64,000 bases of DNA from Azolla caroliniana (taxonomy: Eukaryota > Plantae > Polypodiophyta), in NCBI GenBank assembly GCA_043228905.1, contig JBHGNT010000016.1, positions 14,694,001 to 14,758,000 of the forward strand, given 5' to 3'. Within the stretch, counting starts at the first letter, position 1; each line of letters begins with the position of its first letter. The position numbers and the translations under genes are program-made. The notes beneath the pieces were generated by a model. It made no database searches, was not told the origin of the DNA, and saw only the letters and a program-made list of their open reading frames with translations. Below are positions 38,478 to 49,500 of this stretch, piece after piece.

Positions 38478-40132
38478 TGTTGGGGAACAAGTCCATCTAA
38501 GTGGGATTTGGATGAGAACCAGACGAGACGGATCGGATGAGCCGAAGGAAGGAACCGGATCAAATGGATCCAGAAGGAGTTCGCCCGGACCTGGTATGAG
38601 CCAACAAATAGGAACATATTAGTAAATAGTCCAAAAGTTATATAAGTATAAACATAACTAGGGCAACATTGTTATGAGTAGTTATCATCATTATTGTTGT
38701 ACAGAGTGAGAGAGAGAGAGAAACTAAATCAGTTTCTGCTATAACCGCCTGAAGGCGAAGATACAGAGCTCGAGGTCGTTGCCTCTGAGTCTTATTTTGT
38801 TGTGCCCCTCCTCTATAGTGATCTTGTTCGGAGTTAGAGAATTCCCGTGGTTTTCCCCGATTAGGGTTTCCACGTTAATATCATGTGTCGACCCATTTCG
38901 ACTTTAAGTACATTAATCTTTATTTCTGTTCTATTTCTTCCACTATGATTGAGACTTGGTTGTGGCCAAGCACTATTTACGACAATCTGGTATCAGAGCG
39001 AAGTTCTAAACTTCAAGCAAAGAAAGAAGATGGAAGAGTCATTAGGTAGCATGTTCAAGCTCACCGGCTCCACCTACCCAGTCTGGAAGTCGAAGATGAG
39101 GGACATATTAGTGGTAAAAGATCTCTGGCTGCCGGTACAATTTGGGGACAAAATACCAGACAAGATGGATTCCACGACCTGAGAAGTAATGCAGATGAAG
39201 ATGACGGCATACATTCGGTGCTTCATCGACATGAGCCTATACAATAACTTTAATGAAGAGAACCAAGCCAATGAGCTTTGGGAGAAGATTTTGGAAAGGA
39301 GAGGAATGTTGGCAATCATGACAACTGAAGAAGAGTTGTTGCTGCACCGAGGAGAGTGAGCTGCATCTTGTTAGCGACGAAATGACGTGGGTGGTCGACT
39401 TTGGCGCGTTGTTCCATCTAACCCCCGAACAGAAGTGTTTCTCATCTTACAAAGCCGGAGATCACGATTGTGTCCGGATGGGGAATGAAGGTGCGTGCTG
39501 AATTGTTGGCATAGGAGATGTGTTGCTGATGACGTCAACGGGGTGCAAGTTGTTGAAAGATTTCTTACGCGTTCTAGAGGTTCAGCTGAACCTGATATCG
39601 GCCGGTCGGCTAGATGATGAAGGTTACATGGGTAGCATCTGCAATGGAGTCACGAAGTTCAACAAAGGAAGCCTTATCGTGGACCGAGCTCGGAAGATCA
39701 ACATGTTGTCGTGAAGATTCACAGCCATAGTGAGAAAACCGGGGCTATTAGGAATATCAGCGGGGTGCGGTGTGAGCACTCCCCCTTGTATAAACATGTA
39801 AGATAATGGGATACCTTTATGGCGCCTGTTAGCTCGGTTGAGAGCTCGTACGTCCTAGGGGGTTTCACTTCTGCGTTGTCTCCTGTGCAAGACCCCACTC
39901 GGCACGACGAGCTCGCAAGCTCCTTGACCTATGGCTTGGCAACTGACCGCTGTTGTAACCTAATCTACCTCAGTCTGGCTCAAATCTGGAGTTGTATCTC
40001 ACTCTTGTATATATATATATATATCTGTGTGTGTGTGTGTGAGGTTCTATGCATTTGTGTCGATGTCAGTGTCTTTGGAGATCTTTCTTTCCGTTTCTCT
40101 ACATAAGTAGTGTGTTGAGTCTGTGTTGCACG

Positions 40133-40177
<45 letters not shown>

Positions 40178-40321
40178 CTCTGTTCGGTAGCCTTCGGTAC
40201 ACATCCGGGATCGCCCCGGTCTATGCCACAGTCAGCGCAACCGGGAACAAAGAGAGTCAGTCTCCCAATATAATCTCTCTCTCATCCGAGACCCCCATGG
40301 TCCTGCCTCTTTTCAACACGT

Positions 40322-40971
40322 TGTCGTGAAGAAAACCGTCCCTTAGCACAATCGGTGCATAGCGCGCATGAACCGGCTCTTCACGCGTGCGCGCCCTTTA
40401 ATGTATATAATAGAGAATTAGGTACAAAGGTATATCCTAGGTAGTTAGATTCGGTAGGTAGGAAGTTAATGAGGGAAACGGCTCCCTTCTTTAAGCTATA
40501 AAAGAGAGGGAGACGCGGGGAGAGGGGATCGCGCATTGAGGAGGATGAAGTGTTGTCGGACCGAAACCGAACGCTTCTCCTCTGTTCGATCTCCATCACT
40601 CTTCTCTGTAGGTTTTCGGGAGGCTCGCGCTGCTTCGAGGAACGCCCGTGTGCTTCTAGCAGCACCTCCATCCTATCCACTTTTCGTGCGCAGACGAGCA
40701 GGCATCAACATCTGTTCGCCGGCCTGTTCGGTTGTAACTGCTTGCGTGCTCTGTTGTTTATTTGTCATTGGTTAATATACAAACATTCGTGTCTCTCTGT
40801 CTCTGTGTCCATTTGTGTCTTCCGCGTTGACGGGCCGTGTTCCTGTGTTTCTTTGCTCATACGTAACCGGACGTCTCTCTCTTTCTCTTTCCCCTTCTAC
40901 CACCTGCTCTTCGGTTCAAGACCCCGGTGGTCCCGCCTCGTTTCTCCACGCACGCGCGTAGTAACGCGACA
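40322..40971 (+). mobile_element. Solo LTR related to LTR 6452-7103, inserted in the 5' LTR of Z
   Basis: TGTCGTGAAG...CGCGACA; perfect TSD ACGT. Confidence 0.9.
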
Positions 40972-41367
40972 ACGTACTCGCGGATTACCGCGACATATTT
41001 GGTGAACCCGACGTGAAAGGACGACAAGGGAGGATGGAGTTGGAAGACGAAGACTTCGTAGAGATGGTGGCCGAAGTGGTGATGGAGTTCGGATGAGTGA
41101 CGATGAGACAAGAAGTGGCGCATCAAGCTATTGAGCGAGTGGTCGAAAGAGTGGACAGAGTCGCATTCTACTTGGAAGCCTACAACGCAGAAATGGAGGT
41201 GCGAGGCGTAGATGAGGCATTGAGGCTAGAGTTCTTCTGTCGGGTCGTCGCCGTCCATATGCACACGGAAAGTAAAGGAGCTCTGAGAAGCTCATAGTTC
41301 GTGGGAGGCCTTTGAAGAGGCGCTCCTGCAAGCATACGGAGGACGGCCGAAGAGCCGGGGACAGCGC

Positions 41368-42153
41368 TGTCGCGGAATTCCGCGGGGGTCTTGGACTAGG
41401 GAGTAGAGGGGGAATGGGAGCTTAACCTTCGACCTTTGAGCTCAAGAGGAAAGGAGAAAGAATAAGAGGTTAGGATGGTAGAGAAAATAGAGACAAGATA
41501 CATCAACAAACTATATTAAGAATCCACTATACGATTACAACCATGGCCGCGTAAGCCAAATCAAAATCCTAGAGGAAACCCTAACCGAATAGGTAAAGAA
41601 GAAGAAGAAGAAGAAGAAGAAGAAGAAAAAGAATGAAACCCTAAAACGAGATCCTAAAACCCCAAACCCTAAAACGAAATAGGGATCATTAAAACCCTAA
41701 TGGTCTACCCCAAAACAACAAAATGGCGACTCCCCAATGAAAACCCCAAAAGTGGAAGCCCCTCCTCACTCGAAATAGGCGACCCCTTCACAAGAGACCC
41801 CTCACTCCCTTTTATAGTAGTAAGGGGTGAGGCATATTACAAAAGGAGAGGTCAAATCCGCTTCTTTGAATCGGGAATATTTTTCCTTGATGTTAAATCG
41901 ATGGGCCTTTAACTCTCTCCTCTCACATTCACACTCAATGCCCACTACTCCCTACACCCATTCTTCATGTACTTTCCTCTAGTCTACAAACTGCACATCA
42001 CATTTACACCCCACACTTTACTTTTCCTTCTTACATTTTTCTATTTACTCCTATGTTACAATTTTCCCATATATATATGTGCAATGTTGCACATCTCGTT
42101 TTATTCGTTCTGCTCGAGTTTTCTTCGTTCCATGGCCGAAAATCCTGACGATA
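41368..42153 (-). mobile_element. Solo LTR of the Phygy-like family, rich in telobox motifs
   Basis: Termini related to LTR 2044-2687; TSD GCGC/GCAC; gag of Z resumes after it; several AAACCCTAA at 41575-41700. Confidence 0.8.
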
Positions 42154-42877
42154 GCACGATTTCGACCAGTGGGTTGCATCGGCGAAGACCCACCGGGGCG
42201 CAACGAAGGCATTCCAGGAGTTCAGGCGGCGCTTTACTCGGCTCCCAGAGCGGGAACAAAGACTGGTAGGGGTGGACAAAGTCCTGTTGTTTGTTAGGTT
42301 GATCATCCAAGCGGAATGGGAGGCTGTCGGAATTGAGCTCGAAGACGATGACGGAGCGAATTACCTTACTAAGGACCGGTTGGAAGGCGAAGACGATGAG
42401 GAGCGGTCTGCCAAAGGGCAAGGGAAGATAACGCGTGATGACGCATCATCACAACAAGAAGGACTGGGGAAGCTCGATGTCGAGGCCCTAGTTTGGGAAG
42501 CGTATGAGGCTATGAACACGATGGTCGAAGAGGAGGAGAGATCTGACACGCGGTCGAAGTCCAGAGACTCGAAGCTAGTTGGCCTTCTGGATAAGACGGA
42601 TGTGGCCCATGCAGAGGCCGGAGGACGGTGCGACGGGAGAGGGTGTGGAGCAAGACGCTCTCTCGACTTGCGGAGAAAGACCGGCCGAGGAGGTCAGATT
42701 CAAACAGATAAGGATCGCAGGTTCGGAACGAGACCAACAATTTTGGGCATGGTAGGCCGAAACTCCGGACATTGGAGAAGTAAGCCCAGGTAGGGCTTGC
42801 GCGATTAAAGATGGATGCGGTGAAGAGCCCTCCACACCAATTCTGGAGACTTCAGCAGTCGAGCCCGAGTGCTGTCA

Positions 42878-42947
42878 TGATATGGCAAGACTCGAACCCA
42901 TGACCTTATGCTACATGGGTCGAGCGCTTGACCATTAGATTATACGT
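42878..42947 (-). promoter_or_regulatory. tRNA-like A/B-box module at the LTR start, antisense; also about 56951-57015
   Basis: Minus strand TAATCTAATGGTC...AAGGTCATGGGTTCGAGTC. Confidence 0.65.
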
Positions 42948-43304
42948 TGTAATACGTAGAATATTATTTTCATTTATGTTTTATTATAGAAAATTGATGT
43001 ATATTCCAGATTTCTCTGGAACATTCTAGAAACTTCAGGAGTATTCCTTAGAACACTATAAAAGGAGGCACAAGGCATTATTTCGAACCAAATCGGTTCA
43101 ACGCTAGTCTTAAGCCTCCTAGTTACTGTACATTTTCTTCACATAATATATATCTTTTCTTATCATCACTCTCTCTCTCTCTCGATCTCTCTCTCCCTCC
43201 CTCTCACTCACTCTTTCCTTCTCTCGAGAGTTCTTCACCTCTCTTAGTACTAATACTTCTTTTAGTACTAAGTCCTTCTCTGTCTTAGTACTGTTCATGA
43301 CAGT

Positions 43305-43317
43305 TTGAACCGATTTG
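43305..43317 (+). other. Self-priming PBS (Tf1 type)
   Basis: TTGAACCGATTTG is the exact reverse complement of LTR 43089-43101, which starts 32 nt after TATAAAA at 43057; no TGG tRNA-type PBS. Confidence 0.85.
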
Positions 43318-43376
43318 CCCCACCTTCTGCCTCTCTCATTTCCTACTAATCTCTTATTCCTCTTTTCTTTCATCCC

Positions 43377-44528
43377 ATGGCCACTGTTAGCGCTGAAGAA
43401 TATCAATGTGTTTTCTCGGAATTTCAATGCTTGAAAGAGAAGTTCCATGCTTTGGAACAAGAAAACCAACGGTTGCTAGGGGATCTTCAGCGAATCTCCT
43501 TAGAAAAGCAGCAAATGCAACAACAACATGGGGAACTTGCGTTACACGTGCAACAACTCGAAGCAACCATCATAGCGATGCAACAACAAGGGCCCGGAAC
43601 ACAAGGGATTCATAAAGAACCCAAGATTGGCCTTCCCACGAAGTTCGATGGAACGCGATCGCAGTTTAGAGGGTTCCTTAACCAGGTACGATTAGTTATT
43701 CAAATGCATCCTTCCCGGTATCCCATCGATGCATCACGAGTGGGTTTAGTAGGCACTTTGTTAAATGGCTCAGCGTTGGCATGGTTCGCTCCACTATTAG
43801 AAAAGGAATCTCCATTACTCAACAATTTTAAAGAGTTTCTAGGTGAGTTTAAAGCATGTTTCGAAGATACTGACAGCATCAGGACCGCAATCAACAAAAT
43901 TCGGCGATTACGCCAAGGTGACCGTCCAGCCTCCGCATACGTTGCAGATTTTTGCCTACTCGCCGTTGATATCCCTTGGGATGATCAAGCGTTGATGGAG
44001 CAATTCCGTTATGGTTTACGCAACGATGTCAAGGATTTACTCTTGACCTTCCCCGAGGAGCCAAAGTCCTTAACAGAAGCAATCAGTCGCGTGGTGAGAT
44101 GTGACAACCGCCTCTTTGAGCGACGTTCGAAACGACAGCTACAGATGCCGAGGGCAAGATCAGAGCCCACCTACGCCTCAGTGGTAGCAAGACCTTTTCC
44201 GAGGGAGTCATATAATGTGCCTCTAGCGAATACTCCGACTCCGATGGAGATTGACACTACACGTCGTCGAGGGCCATTATTCGAAGAAGAAAAGCAGTGA
44301 CGCCGTACAAATCGACTATGTCTTTACTGCGGTGGACCAGGACATATTGCAATAAATTGCCCCCATAGGCCAAGAAGACAGGTAAACCAAATAGTCGTTA
44401 GTTCTAATTGTACTAAACTTGAGCCTATTTCAGTAGGGATATCTGATAGTCCTAATAGTACTAATAGCCCAGATCTAGCGAACAGATTTGATGTCCTTAG
44501 TCAGTTAGAAGAAGAGTTAAACAACTAA
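43377..44528 (+). pseudogene. gag: PEG10/Tcn1-like Gag with one premature stop (44298-44300)
   Basis: KFDGTRSQFRGF; AWFAPLL; CLYCGGPGHIAINC knuckle in frame after a CGA>TGA stop. Confidence 0.9.
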
Positions 44529-44568
44529 GTCTAGCCAAAATAGGAGCCGTTTGGTTGGACAGCCCTAG
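44516..44568 (+). other. Putative -1 frameshift signal
   Basis: G_TTA_AAC 44516-44522; 6-nt spacer; 11-bp stem 44529-44539/44550-44560; pol lies in the -1 frame. Confidence 0.75.
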
Positions 44569-46477
44569 ATCTGTGCAGCCCATTAGTGGTTCCATTCCCT
44601 CTAAGCAAGTTAGTGATGTGTTCGTAGCCCAAGTAATAGTTAGTACTAAAAGTACCCCTCCAGTACATGTCCTAGCACTCCTAGATTCTGGAGCTAACTC
44701 TTGCTTTATGGATAAGAAATTTGCTCAAGCTCATAAGATATCCCTAAGAAAACTCCAGTGTCCAGCCTCTGTAGTAGTCATTGATGGATGTCCCATTGCT
44801 TCCGAAAATATCATAGAAGAGTCAGAGCCCATTAATATTGTCCTAGATAACTTAGCATGTGTAGTATCATTTAATATTATTAGTATCCCAGAACATCCCA
44901 TAGTTTTAGGATTATCGTGGTTCGAGTTACATAACCCAGACATAGATTGGAGAACAAGAGAAATCCGGTTTCGACAAACCCAAGGGTCAACTCAGAAGAT
45001 GGCAACCATTTCGCTACGTCAGTTGCGTAAAGAAGGGCACAAGGAGGAAATGTTCCTCTTTGCAATATCAGTAAACCCCTCCAACACCACTAAAGAAGAA
45101 TGCAACGTTCAACTTCCCGAGAAGTATCGTCATTACGCCGATGTGTTCGATAAAGTACAAGCCAACACACTTCCTCATCATCGACCGTACGATTGCCCCA
45201 TCGATTTACAACTGGGAAAAGAGCCGCCATGGGGACCGATCTACAATTTGTCACCAACCGAGCTGGAAGTCCTTCGGGCCTATATAGAGGAGAATTTGGA
45301 AAATGGTTTCATCCGGCATTCGAAATCTCCAGCGGGCGCACCCATTTTCTTCGTCAAGAAAAAGGATGGATTGCTTCGTCTCGTTGTAGATTACCGTGGC
45401 CTGAATAAGGTTACAATTAGGAATAGGTATGCTCTTCCCCTTATCTCACGTCTTTTAGAATGGATCAATGGTGCCAGGTTCTTCACGAAGATTGACTTAC
45501 GGGGAGCATATAACCTCGTACGGATCCGACCACGAGACGAATGGAAGACCGCGTTTCGCACTAGATATGGGCACTTCGAGTATACGGTCATGCCGTTCGG
45601 CCTCACTAATGCACCGGCAGTCTTCCAGCACATGGCTAATGATATATTCCGAGATCTTTTGGATGATTGTTTGATCATCTATTTGGATGATCTACTGGTT
45701 TATTCAAAGACCCAAGAAGAACATGATTCTCATGTACTATTAGTACTAAAACGACTTCGAGAACATGGTCTGTATGCAAAGCTGGAAAAATGTAGTTTCA
45801 GATGCAACCAAGTGGAATTTCTCGGCTACATCATTTCGTCAAAAGGCATCTCCATGGACCCAGCTAAGGTCAAAATGGTGGTAGAATGGCTAACTCCGTG
45901 TTCGGTGCGGGATGTGCAATGCTTCCTAGGCTTTGCCAATTTTTACCGGAAGTTCATACAAGATTACTCAAAGATCATTCTACCTCTCACACAACTTACC
46001 AGGAAGGGACAACCATTCATCTGGTCTGAAGAAACGGATGTGGCTTTCGAGAGTCTTAAAAAGGCATTTACCTCGCCTCCAATTCTAGCTCATGTCGATC
46101 CGGAAAAACCATTCATTATCGAAGCTGACGCATCGGATTTTGCATTGGGGAGCATTCTATCACAACAGGGGAATGATGAGAAGCTACATCCTGTGCCTTT
46201 TCACTCACGCAAGTTTGACGCCGCCGAAATCAACTACGAAATTCATGATAAGGAGCTATTGGCAATAGTGGATTCTTGTATGCAATGGAGGCATTTTCTG
46301 GAGGGATCCTCTCATCCGGTCACCGTATTTAGTGACCACAAGAACCTTGCCTACTTTCAGGATGCTCGTGTGTTGAATCGACGTCAAGCTCGGTGGGCCC
46401 ACTTCCTCATGTGTTTTGACTTCAAAATTACATATCGTCCGGGGAAGCACCAAGGGAAGGCAGATGCATTATCACGG
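44517..46477 (+). pseudogene. pol: Pol PR-RT-RH, open up to the insertion at 46478
   Basis: LLDSGA; MPFGLTNAP; YLDD; EADASD; KELLAIV; ADALSR. Confidence 0.92.
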
Positions 46478-47445
46478 TGTCACGTTGTTACGCGCGTGCG
46501 TGGAGAAAGGCGGGACCACGAGGGTCTTGGACGAGAGAGTGATGGAGCGTAGGGAGTCGTGCTTCACTGTTTCTGGGGCATCCCAGAAACACACCGGAAG
46601 CAACCGAAGGGAGAGAGAGAGAGAGAGAGAGAGAGCGTTGTCGTGAAGAATTTCGGCCATAGGCGAAAACCGGGAAACATTGTCTACATCGGCGGGGTGC
46701 AGCTTGTGTACGCACCCATGTACATTTGGTGTGAATATCGAGGGCGCCTTTATGGCACCGAAGAGTAGTCAAGTCGAGACAGACGATCCCATGAAAGTCG
46801 GGATTTGTCCCACATTGTAACGCGTCCCTCCCCTTGTTCTATAAAAGGGAGGGAACGCCCTTTGTAAAAGGGTTGCCCATTTTTGCATTTAGAGGGTATA
46901 CCAGTAGGTTTAGGGTTAGGTTTCTTCTACTTCTTCTTCTTTCCCTTCGTGTTCGCTTAGGGTTTGCTTCAGCTCATCTCCTGCGCAAGACCCCGCTCGA
47001 CGCGACGAGCCCGTGAGCTCCCCGATGGCGGCTTGGCAGCAGACGACTACTGTAACCTACCTCAGCCTGGCTCGAAGCCGGGAGTGTATTCTCCTTATAT
47101 ATATATACATATACGTTTGCGTCTGTCTGTGTATATTGGCGTCTTGTTGGTGTCGGGTGCTCCACTCCTTCCCTGCGTTTCCTGTACATAAGGGCGTGAG
47201 TCGGGTCGGGCTGTGTGTGTGCGTGGGTGAGCGTGAGTCGGTGTTAAGCACGCTCTCTCTCTCTCACTCTCTCTCCCTTCGGTTGCTTCCGGTGTGTTTC
47301 TGAGATGCCCCAGAGGCTGTGAAGCACGACTTCCTATGCTCCGTCGCTCCCTAGTCCAAGACCCCCATGGTCTCGCCTTTCTCCACACACGCACGTAACA
47401 ACGCGACATATTTGGTGAACCCGACGTGAAAGGCGGCAAGGGAGG

Positions 47446-48867
47446 ATGGAGTCGGAAGACGACGACCTTGCGGAGATGGTGGCCGAAGTGGTGTTGCAGT
47501 CGGCACGAGTGGAGATGAGGCGAGAAGCAGCGCAACAAGCGGTTGGGCGAGTGGTCGAAAGAGTCGGCCGTTTCAACGGGGACAAAGGCCCATCTTACTT
47601 GGAAGCCTACAACGCGGAAATGGAGGAGCGTGGCGTAGACGAGGCGTTGAGGCTGGAGTTCTTCTGCCGGGTCATAGCTGTCCGGATGCATGCGGAAGTA
47701 AAGGAGTTCCGTGAGGCTCATAGTTCGTGGGAGGCCTTCGAAGAGGCGCTCCTGAAAGCATACGGAGGATGGCGGAAGAGCCGGGGATGGCACCACTTCG
47801 ACCAGTGGGTAGCATCGGCAAAGACCCACCGGGGTGCGACGAAGGCGTTCCGGGAGTTCGAGCGATGACTTGCTCAGCTCCCAGAGCGGGAACAAGGTTT
47901 GGTGGGGGCGGACAAAGTCCTTTTGTTCGTCAGGTCGATCAACCGAGCGGAACAGGAAGCCATCGGGATTGAGCTCGAAGACGATGATGGAGCGAATGGG
48001 CTTACGGAGGACTGGTCGAAGGTCGGAAAGGTGTGCCAAAGGCTAGACAACGAGCGAGCCGAGAAGGCCAAGAGGAAGGTACGCGACGGCGTGCCATCAC
48101 AGCGGGAAGAGGCCGAACGGCAAAGAGAGTCAGCAAGGGTCGGCGTTGGGGCCAGGATTGCGGAGGCGTACACAGCGCTCAAAGCGATGCTCGAGGAAGA
48201 GGGAGGATCGAGGCCAGAAGCTGAGACCAAGGAGACGGACCTGCCCCACGCGACGGCGGAAGATCGGTACGACGGTACCACGGGAGAGGGTGTGGAACGA
48301 AACGCCCTCTCGACTTGCCGAAATAGAACGGCCAAGGACGAGGCCGAGATACCGATCGCGGAACCGGAACGTTGGGACTAGCGGTTTCGGGCGTGTCAGC
48401 CGGAGATCCCGGTCATTGGAGAAGCAAGCCCAGACGGGGCTTGCGTGATCGGTAAGAAGACGACCGCCGACCACGGAGAGCCGGTGGCTACGGACAAGGG
48501 CGAAGAACGGACAGGCGATTCTTTGTGTCTTCCCACACTTACTCCCGAGACGATGGCAGTCGGGCCCGAGTGCCCACGTAAGTCCCAAGCGGAGGAAGGC
48601 GGTGGCGATAGACCAAGAATCACCGGCGAGACGATACGAGGAAGGAGCGGACGAAAGCCCACGGACCCGATTCCGGAGAAATCGGCAATTTGGCCCGTAT
48701 GCCCGTGTAAGACCGAAGAGATGGATAGCAGTACCGAGGAGTCCTGGCACGATGCCAGCGAAGACGGATGGGACGAGGCCTGCGAGGAGGTCGAGGACGG
48801 ACACGGCACGAGAGGATCAGCATTCCGATACGGGTGGATCGTTCGATCGGGGCCGGAGTCGACATGA
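47446..48867 (+). pseudogene. Gag-like frame with an acidic low-complexity extension; two in-frame stops
   Basis: ORFs 47446, 47899 and 48445 share one frame; starts just after the PBS; RFNGDK..SYLEAYNAEM...RLEFF...SWEAFEEALL. Confidence 0.7.
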
Positions 48868-49134
48868 AAATGCCGATACGGAAGGGGGTGCGGGACGAGC
48901 CACCCTCTTTTACATGGGGAGAAAGACCGACCGGGCGAAGGTCGAGATTACGGACGAGAACCGGGTGGAGCGGACTCCTGGATAACCATTCCAGGAGGGA
49001 GGAAGAGAGCAGGCCTACGAAGAGGCCGAGGACACGGTACATCGGTACCACGGGAGAGGGTACGGAGTAAACCGCCCTCTCGGCATGAGGAAAAGGACGA
49101 CCCAGGAGAGGGTCGGGAAGACAAATCGGGGAGG

Positions 49135-49500
49135 CCTACGGAGGATCCTTCACACCGGTTCTAGAGACTTCGACAGTCAGCAACGCGGTCGACGTAAGAC
49201 CAAGATACTGACGGTGGCGGCGAGGTGACGAAGGCAAGGGCTACGGAAGGGAGGTCTACGGAGGATCCTTCACACCGGTTCTAGAGACTTCGGCAATCGG
49301 CAACGCGGTCGACGTAAGACCAAGATACTGACGGTGGCGGCGAGGTGACGAAGGCAAGGGCTACGGAAGGGCGGTCTACGGAGGATCCTTCACACCGGTT
49401 CTAGAGACTTCGGCAGTCGGCAATGCGGTCGACGTAAGACCAAGATATTGACGGTGGTGGCGAGGTGACAAAAACAATGGGCATAAGGAAGTTCGGTCCT
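49135..49500 (+). repeat. 120-bp tandem repeat, about 3 copies
   Basis: GAGGATCCTTCACACCGGTTCTAGAGACTTCG at 49141, 49261 and 49381; mirrored in X at about 52640-52880. Confidence 0.9.

Noticed and set aside
39826-39885. D-arm-like TAGCTCGGTTGAGAGC in the LTR of Z (also near 60656)
   Set aside because: No B box at tRNA spacing
49135-49500. Repeats as a CRISPR array or a known ribozyme
   Set aside because: Units are near-identical tandem copies with no cas genes in a eukaryotic context; I could not fit hammerhead (CUGAnGA/GAAA), HDV or twister cores by eye
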